From a virus, in IMG/VR virus record IMGVR_UViG_3300005573_000006, positions 27,308 through 91,307 of that record: a DNA stretch of 64,000 bases. One strand, 5' to 3'. The notes under the pieces are model-generated. The model made no database searches and had not been told where the DNA came from. It was given only the letters and a program-made list of their open reading frames with translations. The position numbers and the translations under genes are program-made. Below, piece by piece: positions 46,379 through 54,572 of the stretch. The first letter of the stretch is position 1, and the number at the start of each line of letters is the position of its first letter.

Positions 46379-46423
46379 AAGGACGCTGGTGCTTCAGAAA
46401 CGGTTCGATTCCGTTTCGTCCTT
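46379..46423 (+). ncRNA. tRNA-like minihelix element 2
   Basis: AAGGACG/CGTCCTT (7 bp) stacked on AAACGG-TTCGATT-CCGTTT with a canonical T-loop; 12-nt connector. Confidence 0.65.
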
Positions 46424-46462
46424 TAATAAGATAACATTAATTTTTATATTTTAATATGATAT

Positions 46463-47143
46463 ATGAATACAGAAGAAACATTAAAACAATTTATTTACAT
46501 ATTAGTAAAATCTAATGATATAAACTTTTTAACAATAAAAGGACAACCTGGTTTGGGTAAAAGTTTTAATACAGCAAGAATATTAAAAGAAATGGGACTT
46601 GAAGAAAATGTCCATTTTAAAGTAATAAGTGGTTATATAACACCCAAAAAGTTATTTGAAACATTGGGGAAAACAAGAATATTAGAACCACCACGACTTA
46701 TAATAATAGATGATTTAGATGCTCTTCTAAATAGCAAAATATCTGTTTCAATATTAAAAAGTGCATTAGTTAATTTTAATAACCAAAGAATAGTAAGATA
46801 TGAATCAACAAGAAATAATGAAGAACAATCATTTGAATTTAATGGAAAAATAATAATGATTGTAAATCAAATACCTTCTTCTTCTGGAATAGAGCCACTT
46901 TTGGATAGGGGAATAGTTTTTTATTATAAATTTAACCCGATAGAACTAATGTCTTATATTGAAGAATTTGTATTACCAACATATGGATTAGAAAAGCAAG
47001 CAACTTATAAAGTATGGAATAAAGTAAAAAGATTTGTTGATAGTCCATCGTTTTCAATTAGAGATTTAAATAGGGCAATAAATTTTTATAAACATGATCA
47101 AAATAAATGGTTTGAACTTTTTATAAAATCTATTAAAAAATAA
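46463..47143 (+). CDS. AAA+ / P-loop ATPase
   Basis: GQPGLGKS Walker A, LIIIDD Walker B, LLDR arginine finger, SIR sensor. Confidence 0.85.
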   Translation: MNTEETLKQFIYILVKSNDINFLTIKGQPGLGKSFNTARILKEMGLEENVHFKVISGYITPKKLFETLGKTRILEPPRLIIIDDLDALLNSKISVSILKSALVNFNNQRIVRYESTRNNEEQSFEFNGKIIMIVNQIPSSSGIEPLLDRGIVFYYKFNPIELMSYIEEFVLPTYGLEKQATYKVWNKVKRFVDSPSFSIRDLNRAINFYKHDQNKWFELFIKSIKK

Positions 47144-47201
47144 CTATGAGCGGAAAAAACACGGAAATTACTTAAAATAAAAATGGTTTTTTAATCAAAA
47201 T

Positions 47202-47666
47202 ATGGATTTCAAATTTACAAAAGACAATATTATAGATTCGCAAGATTTTTTTCCATATATTTCTTATAGATTTTGGGATATAAAAGATGCAAAAATGTAT
47301 GAAGTTAAAGAAATTACGTATAATTACGCACAAAGACCAGTTTTTGTATCGGTTTTTGAAAATAGAAAAAAAGATACAAATACATTGAAAAGTATTAATG
47401 ATGGCTATTTACTACCATCTACTAATATTTATTCTAAAAACAAAGAAGAAATATATTTAGGAGATTTGGTTGTTTGTAATTTTTTACCATCTACTTACAA
47501 AATTAGAGTCGTATATTGGGATAATGGTGCAAGAGTTTTTGGTGCATCCACAGACGAGTTTGAAGATAATGCAGGTGATTTAGTATATAGAATATGTAGT
47601 CGGTTTGAAAATCCAAAACTTTATAATAATTATTTAAAAGCAATTACATCTAAATTAGAAAAATGA
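47202..47666 (+). CDS. YopX-like phage protein
   Basis: YRFWD...MYEV, KNKEEIYLGDLV, FENP. Confidence 0.65.
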   Translation: MDFKFTKDNIIDSQDFFPYISYRFWDIKDAKMYEVKEITYNYAQRPVFVSVFENRKKDTNTLKSINDGYLLPSTNIYSKNKEEIYLGDLVVCNFLPSTYKIRVVYWDNGARVFGASTDEFEDNAGDLVYRICSRFENPKLYNNYLKAITSKLEK

Positions 47667-48193
47667 ATACAAAAGAACTATACAGAAAAACAAAATATGT
47701 AATAAACGACATAATTGATGGAAATATCTCTATTGAATCTGGAATAGACAATATTGTAAATTTTATACTACAAGAATGTTCACAACCGCAAGATATAATA
47801 AACAATAATAAAAATCTCAATAAAATAATAGAACAAGAAAAAAATAATATTAAGAAGCAAGTTCAACATGAACTTGATGAATTATTGATAAAAGTATTCC
47901 GCTATTTAGACAATACAAAAACAAAACTTAGAAGAACAGAAGAAGGAGAACATATACAGTTTACTATTGGATTTAATGAAGGAGTTTATACTACCACACA
48001 AAAACTTAAAAACTTATTATCAGAACTATGGCAAGAAATTAGTATTAATAAATTAGATAAAAATAATGAAACAAGAAACACAGAAGAAAGAATCACGGCC
48101 ACTGAATTAAGTTGGGTTAGCACTCCTTTTGGATGGCAAAGTGGTATAGAACCACAAATCAGACAAGAAGAACCAGATCCAAATAATATTTAG
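47663..48193 (+). CDS. Hypothetical protein
   Basis: ATGA overlap. Confidence 0.65.
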   Translation: MNTKELYRKTKYVINDIIDGNISIESGIDNIVNFILQECSQPQDIINNNKNLNKIIEQEKNNIKKQVQHELDELLIKVFRYLDNTKTKLRRTEEGEHIQFTIGFNEGVYTTTQKLKNLLSELWQEISINKLDKNNETRNTEERITATELSWVSTPFGWQSGIEPQIRQEEPDPNNI

Positions 48194-48204
48194 AAACAAA
48201 AAAT

Positions 48205-48396
48205 ATGAAAACAAAAACTATAACAGGAGATAAATATTATTGGGCTCTTTTATGTAAATGTGGAGTTGGTAAAAATAAGTTTCTTATTTGCGGAGTTTAT
48301 CCTTCAAAGAAAGAGGCCAAAGAAGTAGATAAACTTATTAAAGATTGCCCAGCGAGACATTTTATAAAAAAGTGTAAGGTTAAAATAATATTATGA
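48205..48396 (+). CDS. Hypothetical protein
   Basis: 63 aa. Confidence 0.6.
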   Translation: MKTKTITGDKYYWALLCKCGVGKNKFLICGVYPSKKEAKEVDKLIKDCPARHFIKKCKVKIIL

Positions 48397-48590
48397 AAAA
48401 TAAAAAAACAGTAGAAATAAAATGTCCTGATGAATGGAGAATAGGTCAAACCGTGTTTAATTTTTTAGAATGGTTGCAAAAAAGAGGTATTATTTCAGGG
48501 AACCAGAACGCACGAATGGGTGATCCATTTTATCTTTCGGACGAAGACTGGAAAAAGTATTATAAAGAATTTATGGAAGAATATAAATAA
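48393..48590 (+). CDS. Hypothetical phage protein (PDxWRxGQ...DPFY family)
   Basis: PDEWRIGQTVFN, DPFYLSDE. Confidence 0.7.
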   Translation: MKNKKTVEIKCPDEWRIGQTVFNFLEWLQKRGIISGNQNARMGDPFYLSDEDWKKYYKEFMEEYK

Positions 48591-48592
48591 AC

Positions 48593-48820
48593 GGCGGTGG
48601 GAGGGGAATATTCGCCCCCGAAGAAAAACGACCAGCGATAGGATCGCATACCGCCATCACAAATAAAAAACAAAATAGCCGAATGCTTTACGCAGGTCAT
48701 TCGCTCCTATACGGTAATGGCAGGGCAACGGAGAAGTACTGTTGCATGAGAAGAGGGGCTTGTCAGCACGATTGATTCGGTTATTAGTTTAACATGTGCA
48801 TGTGTAATGCGAACACATGC
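48593..48820 (+). ncRNA. GC-rich structured non-coding region (2-3 domains)
   Basis: GGCGGT/ACCGCC junction; AATAGCCGAAT/ATTCGGTTATT enclosing GCAACGG/CTGTTGC; GCATGTGT/ACACATGC. Confidence 0.5.
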
Positions 48821-48833
48821 ATCTCAGAAATAT

Positions 48834-48858
48834 AAACACTCATTAAAAATGAGTGTTT
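48834..48858. terminator. Likely bidirectional terminator at convergent transcripts
   Basis: AAACACTCAT/ATGAGTGTTT. Confidence 0.6.
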
Positions 48859-48911
48859 TGTTGTGCTCCGAAGTAATTTTTTGAAGTATTTTGCCAATTT
48901 ATGTGCGTGTA

Positions 48912-49490
48912 TTAAGACACAACAGGATCGTTTACTATTTTATTTATAAGTTCTTCATCTTTTCCATAACTAGACTGTGAACTTGCGTCTCTATTTACTC
49001 TTTTATTATACATTCTAACCGCCCGTCCGATTATCTTCATTTCTTCTTCATTAAAAATATTACCCTTAATTTTATTACAAAGATAACAAGCGGGAACCAT
49101 ATTCTCTTTAATATATCCAACATTATTATCTTTACGATCTAATGTAATAACATCTGTTGGACACCCACAATAATAACAAGTGTCAGCATTTTTCAACTCT
49201 TTATAATCAGCCACCGTTAAATTAAATTCTAAACCTCTTTGTTTTACATGATTTCGCATCTTCTCAACTCGCCTATAAAACCAAGCATATGATTCCGGGA
49301 CCTTTCTATATGATCTAACAGCTAATCTATGACAGATTTTACAAACATAAGCCTTTTGATTCACACGTTTCGCTTTATAAAACAATTCTGGAGGCCTTAA
49401 TTTGCCACAACTATTACAGTGTTTCCACCCTCTTGCCTTCAATTCTTCTTCGGGCAAGTCTTCTAATTTTTGTTCATAATATTCTGACAT
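48912..49490 (-). CDS. HNH-type (His-Me finger) endonuclease-like protein
   Basis: CNSC...CKIC, CYYCG, TLDRKDNNVGY..ENMVPACYLCN; likely start 49490 after TTGAAG-N17-TATAAT. Confidence 0.8.
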   Translation of the reverse strand: MSEYYEQKLEDLPEEELKARGWKHCNSCGKLRPPELFYKAKRVNQKAYVCKICHRLAVRSYRKVPESYAWFYRRVEKMRNHVKQRGLEFNLTVADYKELKNADTCYYCGCPTDVITLDRKDNNVGYIKENMVPACYLCNKIKGNIFNEEEMKIIGRAVRMYNKRVNRDASSQSSYGKDEELINKIVNDPVVS

Positions 49491-49738
49491 TATCTTTATT
49501 ATAACATTTTTGTCTTTTATCTTCAACCCCCTTTTTGATTCAGCTTGAAATAAGCAAAATGGTCATACCCATATTTTTAAAAAATCAAACCCCCGATTTT
49601 TATCGGGAGAATGATTTTCTAAAAATAATCTATCTTCTCTTTTTATTCTTAGATTTTTTCTTATTCTTCTTGTTTTTTTACTTATATTTTATGACACAAA
49701 TTCTGTCATTTTTCAGACGGAGATTGTGTTATTAGTTA

Positions 49739-51961
49739 TTAGTTAAATTCTATCGGATCGATTGGTAAACCATTAATCGTGCCTGGTTCAGACTTAAACG
49801 AATTAACAAAATATTCACCATTATCATCTTTACCAAACCAACTTATAGCACCATAAATATCATCAATGGCAACGCTTAAGTATTTGTCATCTCCAGAAAA
49901 TCCCGTCGTATTTACGTATAAAGTAAATTCAGCAGAATCTCCCTCACTTAATTCAACCACACTTTCATCATTTGTGTCAAGAGTAATTATAGTTGATCCA
50001 TTTAAATTAAGACTTCCAGAAGCCACCGTAGTCGCTCCCTGCTTCAAAATAAATGACGGAGTAAATAGACCACCATTACTATTAACTTCCAACACAACAA
50101 ATGGCGAACCAGAAGCAATCTTTACATCGCCACCAACAGCAGTAACCTTAAACGCAAAAACTTTTTTATTTGCATTTAAAGAAAACGATCCGCTATTTAA
50201 TGTAGAATTAACACTAACAACTGACGGATAAACAAATACACTTTTACCCGTTAAGTTTACAGTAATTTCGTCAGAATCTTTATCGGAGTTTATAGCAGTA
50301 TCTCTGTAACTTATCAACACTGGTTCAAAACTTCCACTGGCAACATTAGCATCTTCTTGTGATTTAAAATTAGCCTTCAAAACAAACTCTTTAGTTCCAT
50401 CAACCTTGACAGAAATATCACTAAATGATACGTTATCTATATCTACATCAGCAGAATCAACCAAAACACCATCAGCATAAAGTGAAACCTTATCTACTAA
50501 AGAAGATTCCACCCCAAACTTTAAATCGGTGATAAGAAATGGTTCGTTCTTACTGGTAAATTTGAATCCCAATATATTTCTATTTGTTTCACCAAATATA
50601 ACCGCCTGTTTTTCAGTAGTAATTTTTTTTACGGTAAGTTCTCCAGATATGGCAACCGTGGTTCCTGTACTTCCCGACACCTTTGTTTCTACACCAAAAC
50701 CATATATATTTCCGATTGCATAAACATCATATGGTTCTTTAATGGTAAATTTAACATTATCACCAGCATCACCAGATATCGTTCCATAAATCTTAAATGT
50801 TTTACTTTTTTCCCTTTTCACAACTACATTCGTATTAAACACAACCTTATCTCCAACAATTGTGCCGGTAATATAAGAATCGTCCACAAATAGTTTTAGA
50901 TTTGTAACCTTAGCAGAACCACTAATACCCAATTCAATTTGTTTAATGGTTACATCTTCTTGGACAGAAGCTGATGCAGAAAACTTACCCAAAAGAGCGT
51001 TATTTCCAGTCACTACTGCGTCCACATCTGGCCCAAGTGTAAACTCTACCTTACCAGATTGTACTCCGGCAAAAGTAAAATTATTACTTTGTAACGGTAA
51101 ACCATTATAATCACCACTTAGTTCTACTTTAGCAATATTTTGTGGTGTACCACTAAAATCTGCAACTACAGAAAGAACAAATGGTGCTTGAAGATTTAGA
51201 TTATTAAACACTATAACATTATTGCTATTAAATGTTTTTAAATCAGTTAATCTAACATCATCCTTGTAAAGATATATGCCTTCATAATCATCTTTACTTC
51301 CAAAACCAAGTTTTTTTACCGTTAAACTATTAACAATACCGTTGCCGTTAAACCTAACGTCCAACATTGTAAATCTCTTGGCATTGTTAATAATTGTTTC
51401 AGATGGAATAACCCTGTTTATAACAGCATTATTTACAGAAACAACTTCACCGCCTCTTGAATAGGCTGGTACCTGGCTTACAGAAGTATAATCTGCACCA
51501 ATAGTATATAATGCTTGCTCAGCATTATTTATACAGAATACTTTCTTGAAGAAGTTTGGATCATCCGCCACGGCTTGTGCACCGGATGTATTTACCCAGT
51601 GTAAAACTGCACCGTCTTCACCAACTACTTCTAACCCATATACTTTTGGAGAATTAGATTCGCAGTTTCTGAATAAACCAGAAGTTACGAATGAATCTCT
51701 AGTAGCAGGAGTCACTACTTTTACTTTGTCAAATCCCAAATGTCCATAAACATTAAAGATTTGCGGATTAGTAAATAACCGTTTATACATAAAGTCGTTG
51801 ACAATAAAAACATCTATATCATTAGATGCTCGTATTACGTCTCCTTCTTTAAGTCCATAATCACTGGGTGCGGCAAACACTTTGAAACCCAAAGTAATAG
51901 CAGCTGCAACCGCTAAACCGACCACCCAATACCATATTTTTTTCTTTGTATTTTTGTTCAT
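49739..51961 (-). CDS. Secreted S-layer-like / cell-surface protein
   Basis: Sec signal peptide ending VFA-A; N-domain PSDYGLKEGD...KRLFTNPQIF..YGHL...TSGLFRNCE...LHWVNTSGAQAVADDPNFFKKVFCIN; repeated beta-sandwich domains. Confidence 0.7.
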   Translation of the reverse strand: MNKNTKKKIWYWVVGLAVAAAITLGFKVFAAPSDYGLKEGDVIRASNDIDVFIVNDFMYKRLFTNPQIFNVYGHLGFDKVKVVTPATRDSFVTSGLFRNCESNSPKVYGLEVVGEDGAVLHWVNTSGAQAVADDPNFFKKVFCINNAEQALYTIGADYTSVSQVPAYSRGGEVVSVNNAVINRVIPSETIINNAKRFTMLDVRFNGNGIVNSLTVKKLGFGSKDDYEGIYLYKDDVRLTDLKTFNSNNVIVFNNLNLQAPFVLSVVADFSGTPQNIAKVELSGDYNGLPLQSNNFTFAGVQSGKVEFTLGPDVDAVVTGNNALLGKFSASASVQEDVTIKQIELGISGSAKVTNLKLFVDDSYITGTIVGDKVVFNTNVVVKREKSKTFKIYGTISGDAGDNVKFTIKEPYDVYAIGNIYGFGVETKVSGSTGTTVAISGELTVKKITTEKQAVIFGETNRNILGFKFTSKNEPFLITDLKFGVESSLVDKVSLYADGVLVDSADVDIDNVSFSDISVKVDGTKEFVLKANFKSQEDANVASGSFEPVLISYRDTAINSDKDSDEITVNLTGKSVFVYPSVVSVNSTLNSGSFSLNANKKVFAFKVTAVGGDVKIASGSPFVVLEVNSNGGLFTPSFILKQGATTVASGSLNLNGSTIITLDTNDESVVELSEGDSAEFTLYVNTTGFSGDDKYLSVAIDDIYGAISWFGKDDNGEYFVNSFKSEPGTINGLPIDPIEFN

Positions 51962-52087
51962 ATATTTACTTTCTATTAAACCTAAACACTAATAAAATAA
52001 GCATATTATTAGCTTTTTATTTATCGACCATGTTTAGATATTATATTTAATAATAGCATATTTTAGAATGTTTTTCAATATATAATC

Positions 52088-52199
52088 ATTTTAGCATATT
52101 TTAAGACAAAAAGCAATAGCTAGTTGTCCACAGATGAATTCGCTAAAATAAAGCTGTGGGCAAGTGGCTATTGAAATAGATCTGTTTTTATGCTATACT
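52088..52199. promoter_or_regulatory. Back-to-back promoters, each with its own DnaA-box-like element
   Basis: Minus CTGTGGACAACT-N5-TTGCTT-N17-TAAAAT; plus CTGTGGGCAAGT-N5-TTGAAA-N17-TATACT. Confidence 0.75.
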
Positions 52200-52283
52200 T
52201 ACATTGAAACTTGAAAAAACATATTATTTATGTTAATATAAGATATAGGTCGATATTAGTATAATTTACAAAATATCAGAACC

Positions 52284-52407
52284 TGACGGTATAATTGTAA
52301 GTGAGTAAATATTATAAAGCCAGGTTATATGAAGGGTTGCCGTAAGTGGCACCGTCAAAAGTCTCACTTACAACCACTTGCGGTAAACCTTCACAAAATC
52401 TGGTTTT
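52284..52407 (+). promoter_or_regulatory. Pseudoknotted leader upstream of the Rep-like gene
   Basis: ~30-bp hairpin 52316-52407; loop segments ACCGTCA and CTCACTTACAA complement upstream TGACGGT and TTGTAAGTGAG. Confidence 0.6.
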
Positions 52408-52419
52408 TTGTTTATAAAT

Positions 52420-52941
52420 ATGAAAACATGTGAACTACCAGCAATAGAAGGAAGAAAATTTGTAATACATAATGGCACGAAATGGTGTGATGAACCCGCC
52501 GTTGGTATAGACAAAAGCGGAAGAAATATATGCGAATATCACAAGTTTAGAGTCGGAGCAGTTAAGTTATTTACCAATAAACAAAAAGATATAGATAACC
52601 CACAAGATGAATCCGTAATAGCCCAAGATAAAAGAAAACCACCTTTTGCCTTTCAAATAAAAGAAGCACTTCGTAGTATAGAAAAAAACTTATCTGGTAC
52701 TGCCAGAGCACACGCCCTAAGTATTTATCTTGTAATAACGTGGATAATAAGCGATTTTTATGGGCATGAAGAAGAAATAAAGAACTTTAGGGGACTTGTT
52801 GTTAAAAAAACTGGGTTATCCAGGCCTACTGTTTCAAAATACATAAAAATTCTTGATAATATGAAACTGATAAAAATAGAAAAGGTTGCTAATAAATATG
52901 GAAGGGGGTTTAAAAAGTGGAAGATAACCCTGAAAAGGTAA
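52420..52941 (+). CDS. Winged-HTH protein, putative replication initiator
   Basis: ALSIYLVI...LVVKKTGLSRPTVSKYIKILDNMKLIKIEK wHTH; followed by direct repeats. Confidence 0.6.
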   Translation: MKTCELPAIEGRKFVIHNGTKWCDEPAVGIDKSGRNICEYHKFRVGAVKLFTNKQKDIDNPQDESVIAQDKRKPPFAFQIKEALRSIEKNLSGTARAHALSIYLVITWIISDFYGHEEEIKNFRGLVVKKTGLSRPTVSKYIKILDNMKLIKIEKVANKYGRGFKKWKITLKR

Positions 52942-52944
52942 GAA

Positions 52945-53053
52945 CCAGTTGGACAACCTGTTAACGTCCAGTTGGACAAGATCAGTGCATCACTGGATTT
53001 GTCCATAGGTAGAATAAACATGTTAGGTAGAATAAACATCTTCTGGTAGAATT
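52945..53053 (+). repeat. Iteron-like direct repeats (putative origin)
   Basis: CCAGTTGGACAA at 52945 and 52968; TAGGTAGAATAAACAT at 53006 and 53024; partial third copy at ~53044. Confidence 0.6.
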
Positions 53054-53231
53054 ACGTTTCTAGATAAATCTTCTGCCTATGATAAGTGCATTTGTCCGGG
53101 GTTGATATATTCTTTTGTCTAAAGCATCTATTTATATCAGAGGCGAAACTTGACAAATAAACATTTTTATGTTTAAATTAGACTATTTATTTATAGTTGA
53201 AAATATTTAAAAACATTGTTATAATAATGAT

Positions 53232-53462
53232 ATGTCAATAATTATTTATTCTACACCATTTTGTGGATATTGTCAGAAAGCCAAAGAATATTTTAAGTCC
53301 AGGAATCTTTCTTTTCAAGAAATAGACATATCTAAAGACAAAACGAAAGCCGAAGAAATGATTAGATTGTCCGGAGGGTATTCTGTACCGGTTATTCTGA
53401 TAAATGGACAAATTTGTGTCGGGTGGAACCAATCTCGGATTAAACAACTTTTAGGAGAATAA
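53232..53462 (+). CDS. Glutaredoxin-like (NrdH/YruB type)
   Basis: YSTPFCGYC, SVPVI, VGWN; TTGAAA-N17-TATAAT promoter 6 nt upstream. Confidence 0.9.
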   Translation: MSIIIYSTPFCGYCQKAKEYFKSRNLSFQEIDISKDKTKAEEMIRLSGGYSVPVILINGQICVGWNQSRIKQLLGE

Positions 53463-53470
53463 ACCCCTGT

Positions 53471-53516
53471 CTGTTGATAACTACCACTTGTTTTTTGTCT
53501 AAAAATATGCTATAAT
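53471..53516 (+). promoter_or_regulatory. Box-coupled promoter of the Hsp20 gene
   Basis: CTGTTGATAACT-N5-TTGTTT-N17-TATAAT. Confidence 0.7.
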
Positions 53517-53538
53517 TAAAGTGAAAGGAGGTGAGAAT

Positions 53539-53958
53539 ATGTTAAAAGATTTAGTAAGTTTTGATCCTTTTAAAGAAACCGAAAGATTGTTTGAAGATTT
53601 CTTTACGGGATTCAACTTCTATCCCGCATCACGTCGAGTTCCAGTAAATGCTTATCAGACAGATAATGACTGCATAGTCGAAGTGTATGCACCCAATCTG
53701 AAGGTTGAAGATATTAATGTTTCGGTTACAGATGGGGTTCTAAAAATAGAAGGAAGTTCTGTCAAGGAGAAATCTGAAGAAGGAAAACAATACTATCGTC
53801 GGGAGATGAACTGCGGTAGTTTTGTTAGAACCATTGTACTTCCCGCGGAAGTTAAAGAAAATGAAGCTGAAGCGAAGTATAAAAATGGAGTTTTAACAAT
53901 AAGGTTTCCGAAGAAGGAACAAGTTAAGGCAAAACAAATAAAGGTTTTAGCCGAATAA
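53539..53958 (+). CDS. Small heat-shock protein (Hsp20)
   Basis: DPF...F N-terminus, YRRE...GSFVRTIVLP, AKYKNGVLTI..PK, IKV C-terminal motif; AGGAGGTG SD. Confidence 0.95.
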   Translation: MLKDLVSFDPFKETERLFEDFFTGFNFYPASRRVPVNAYQTDNDCIVEVYAPNLKVEDINVSVTDGVLKIEGSSVKEKSEEGKQYYRREMNCGSFVRTIVLPAEVKENEAEAKYKNGVLTIRFPKKEQVKAKQIKVLAE

Positions 53959-53963
53959 GAATT

Positions 53964-53992
53964 GGGGGCGGATAAAAAACACGCCCCCTTTT
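53964..53992 (+). terminator. Rho-independent terminator
   Basis: GGGGGCG/CGCCCCC followed by TTTT. Confidence 0.75.
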
Positions 53993-53997
53993 CTAAA

Positions 53998-54043
53998 CTG
54001 TGGACAACTCCCTATTGTATTGTTTTTATTTTTGTGCTATACT
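53998..54043 (+). promoter_or_regulatory. Box-coupled promoter
   Basis: CTGTGGACAACT-N5-TTGTAT-N17-TATACT. Confidence 0.75.
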
Positions 54044-54049
54044 TAGTAT

Positions 54050-54157
54050 ATGAAAAAACACAAACTTTCTCCCCGCAAAAAGTGGCTTCTGAAGAAACAG
54101 AGGTCTAAAAGTCGCATCAAAAAATTAAGAGATGCGAGGTCGAAAAAAAAGAAGTAA
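54050..54157 (+). CDS. 35-aa very basic peptide
   Basis: MKKHKLSPRKKWLLKKQRSKSRIKKLRDARSKKKK; ATG 6 nt after the -10 (leaderless). Confidence 0.5.
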   Translation: MKKHKLSPRKKWLLKKQRSKSRIKKLRDARSKKKK

Positions 54158-54175
54158 AAGAAAGGGAAAATAAAT

Positions 54176-54568
54176 ATGCCGGAATTTAAAACAGGAATCT
54201 ATATTAATCCACGCAACGGTTATTGTTATTACAACACGGCTAAAAATCGTAAAAGATTAGTTCATCGGGTTATTTGGGAAGAAACTTATGGAAAGATTCC
54301 TATTGGTTATGAGATTCATCATAAAGATGGAAATAAACAAAATAATGAAATAGAAAATTTACAACTAGTCTCTCATAAAGAACATTTTAGATATCATCAA
54401 TGGCCAACACCGGCAATGATTCAAAAATCTATTGAAGTTAAGAGACGGGGAAGGTTGAACAGACAAAATAAAGTTAAACAACTCTTTATAGAAGGTATGT
54501 CCGTAAAAAACATAATTCATCTTTTGGGTTATGGGCAAACAACGGTTTACCGATATTTAAGAGCTTAG
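54176..54568 (+). CDS. HNH homing endonuclease (HNH_3 + C-terminal HTH)
   Basis: VHRVIWE..YGKIP.GYEIHHKDGNKQNN..ENL...H; LGYGQTTVYRYL. Confidence 0.9.
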   Translation: MPEFKTGIYINPRNGYCYYNTAKNRKRLVHRVIWEETYGKIPIGYEIHHKDGNKQNNEIENLQLVSHKEHFRYHQWPTPAMIQKSIEVKRRGRLNRQNKVKQLFIEGMSVKNIIHLLGYGQTTVYRYLRA

Positions 54569-54572
54569 AACT

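Noticed and set aside
49714-49725. 12-nt match CAGACGGAGATT shared with 39285-39296 (large RNA antisense to the surface-protein 3' UTR)
   Set aside because: A single short match found post hoc, and it is buried in the RNA's closing helix; chance is plausible
49535-49735. 66-aa Phe/Leu-rich plus-strand ORF (holin-like)
   Set aside because: Arises from T-rich intergenic DNA between two minus-strand genes; no promoter or SD
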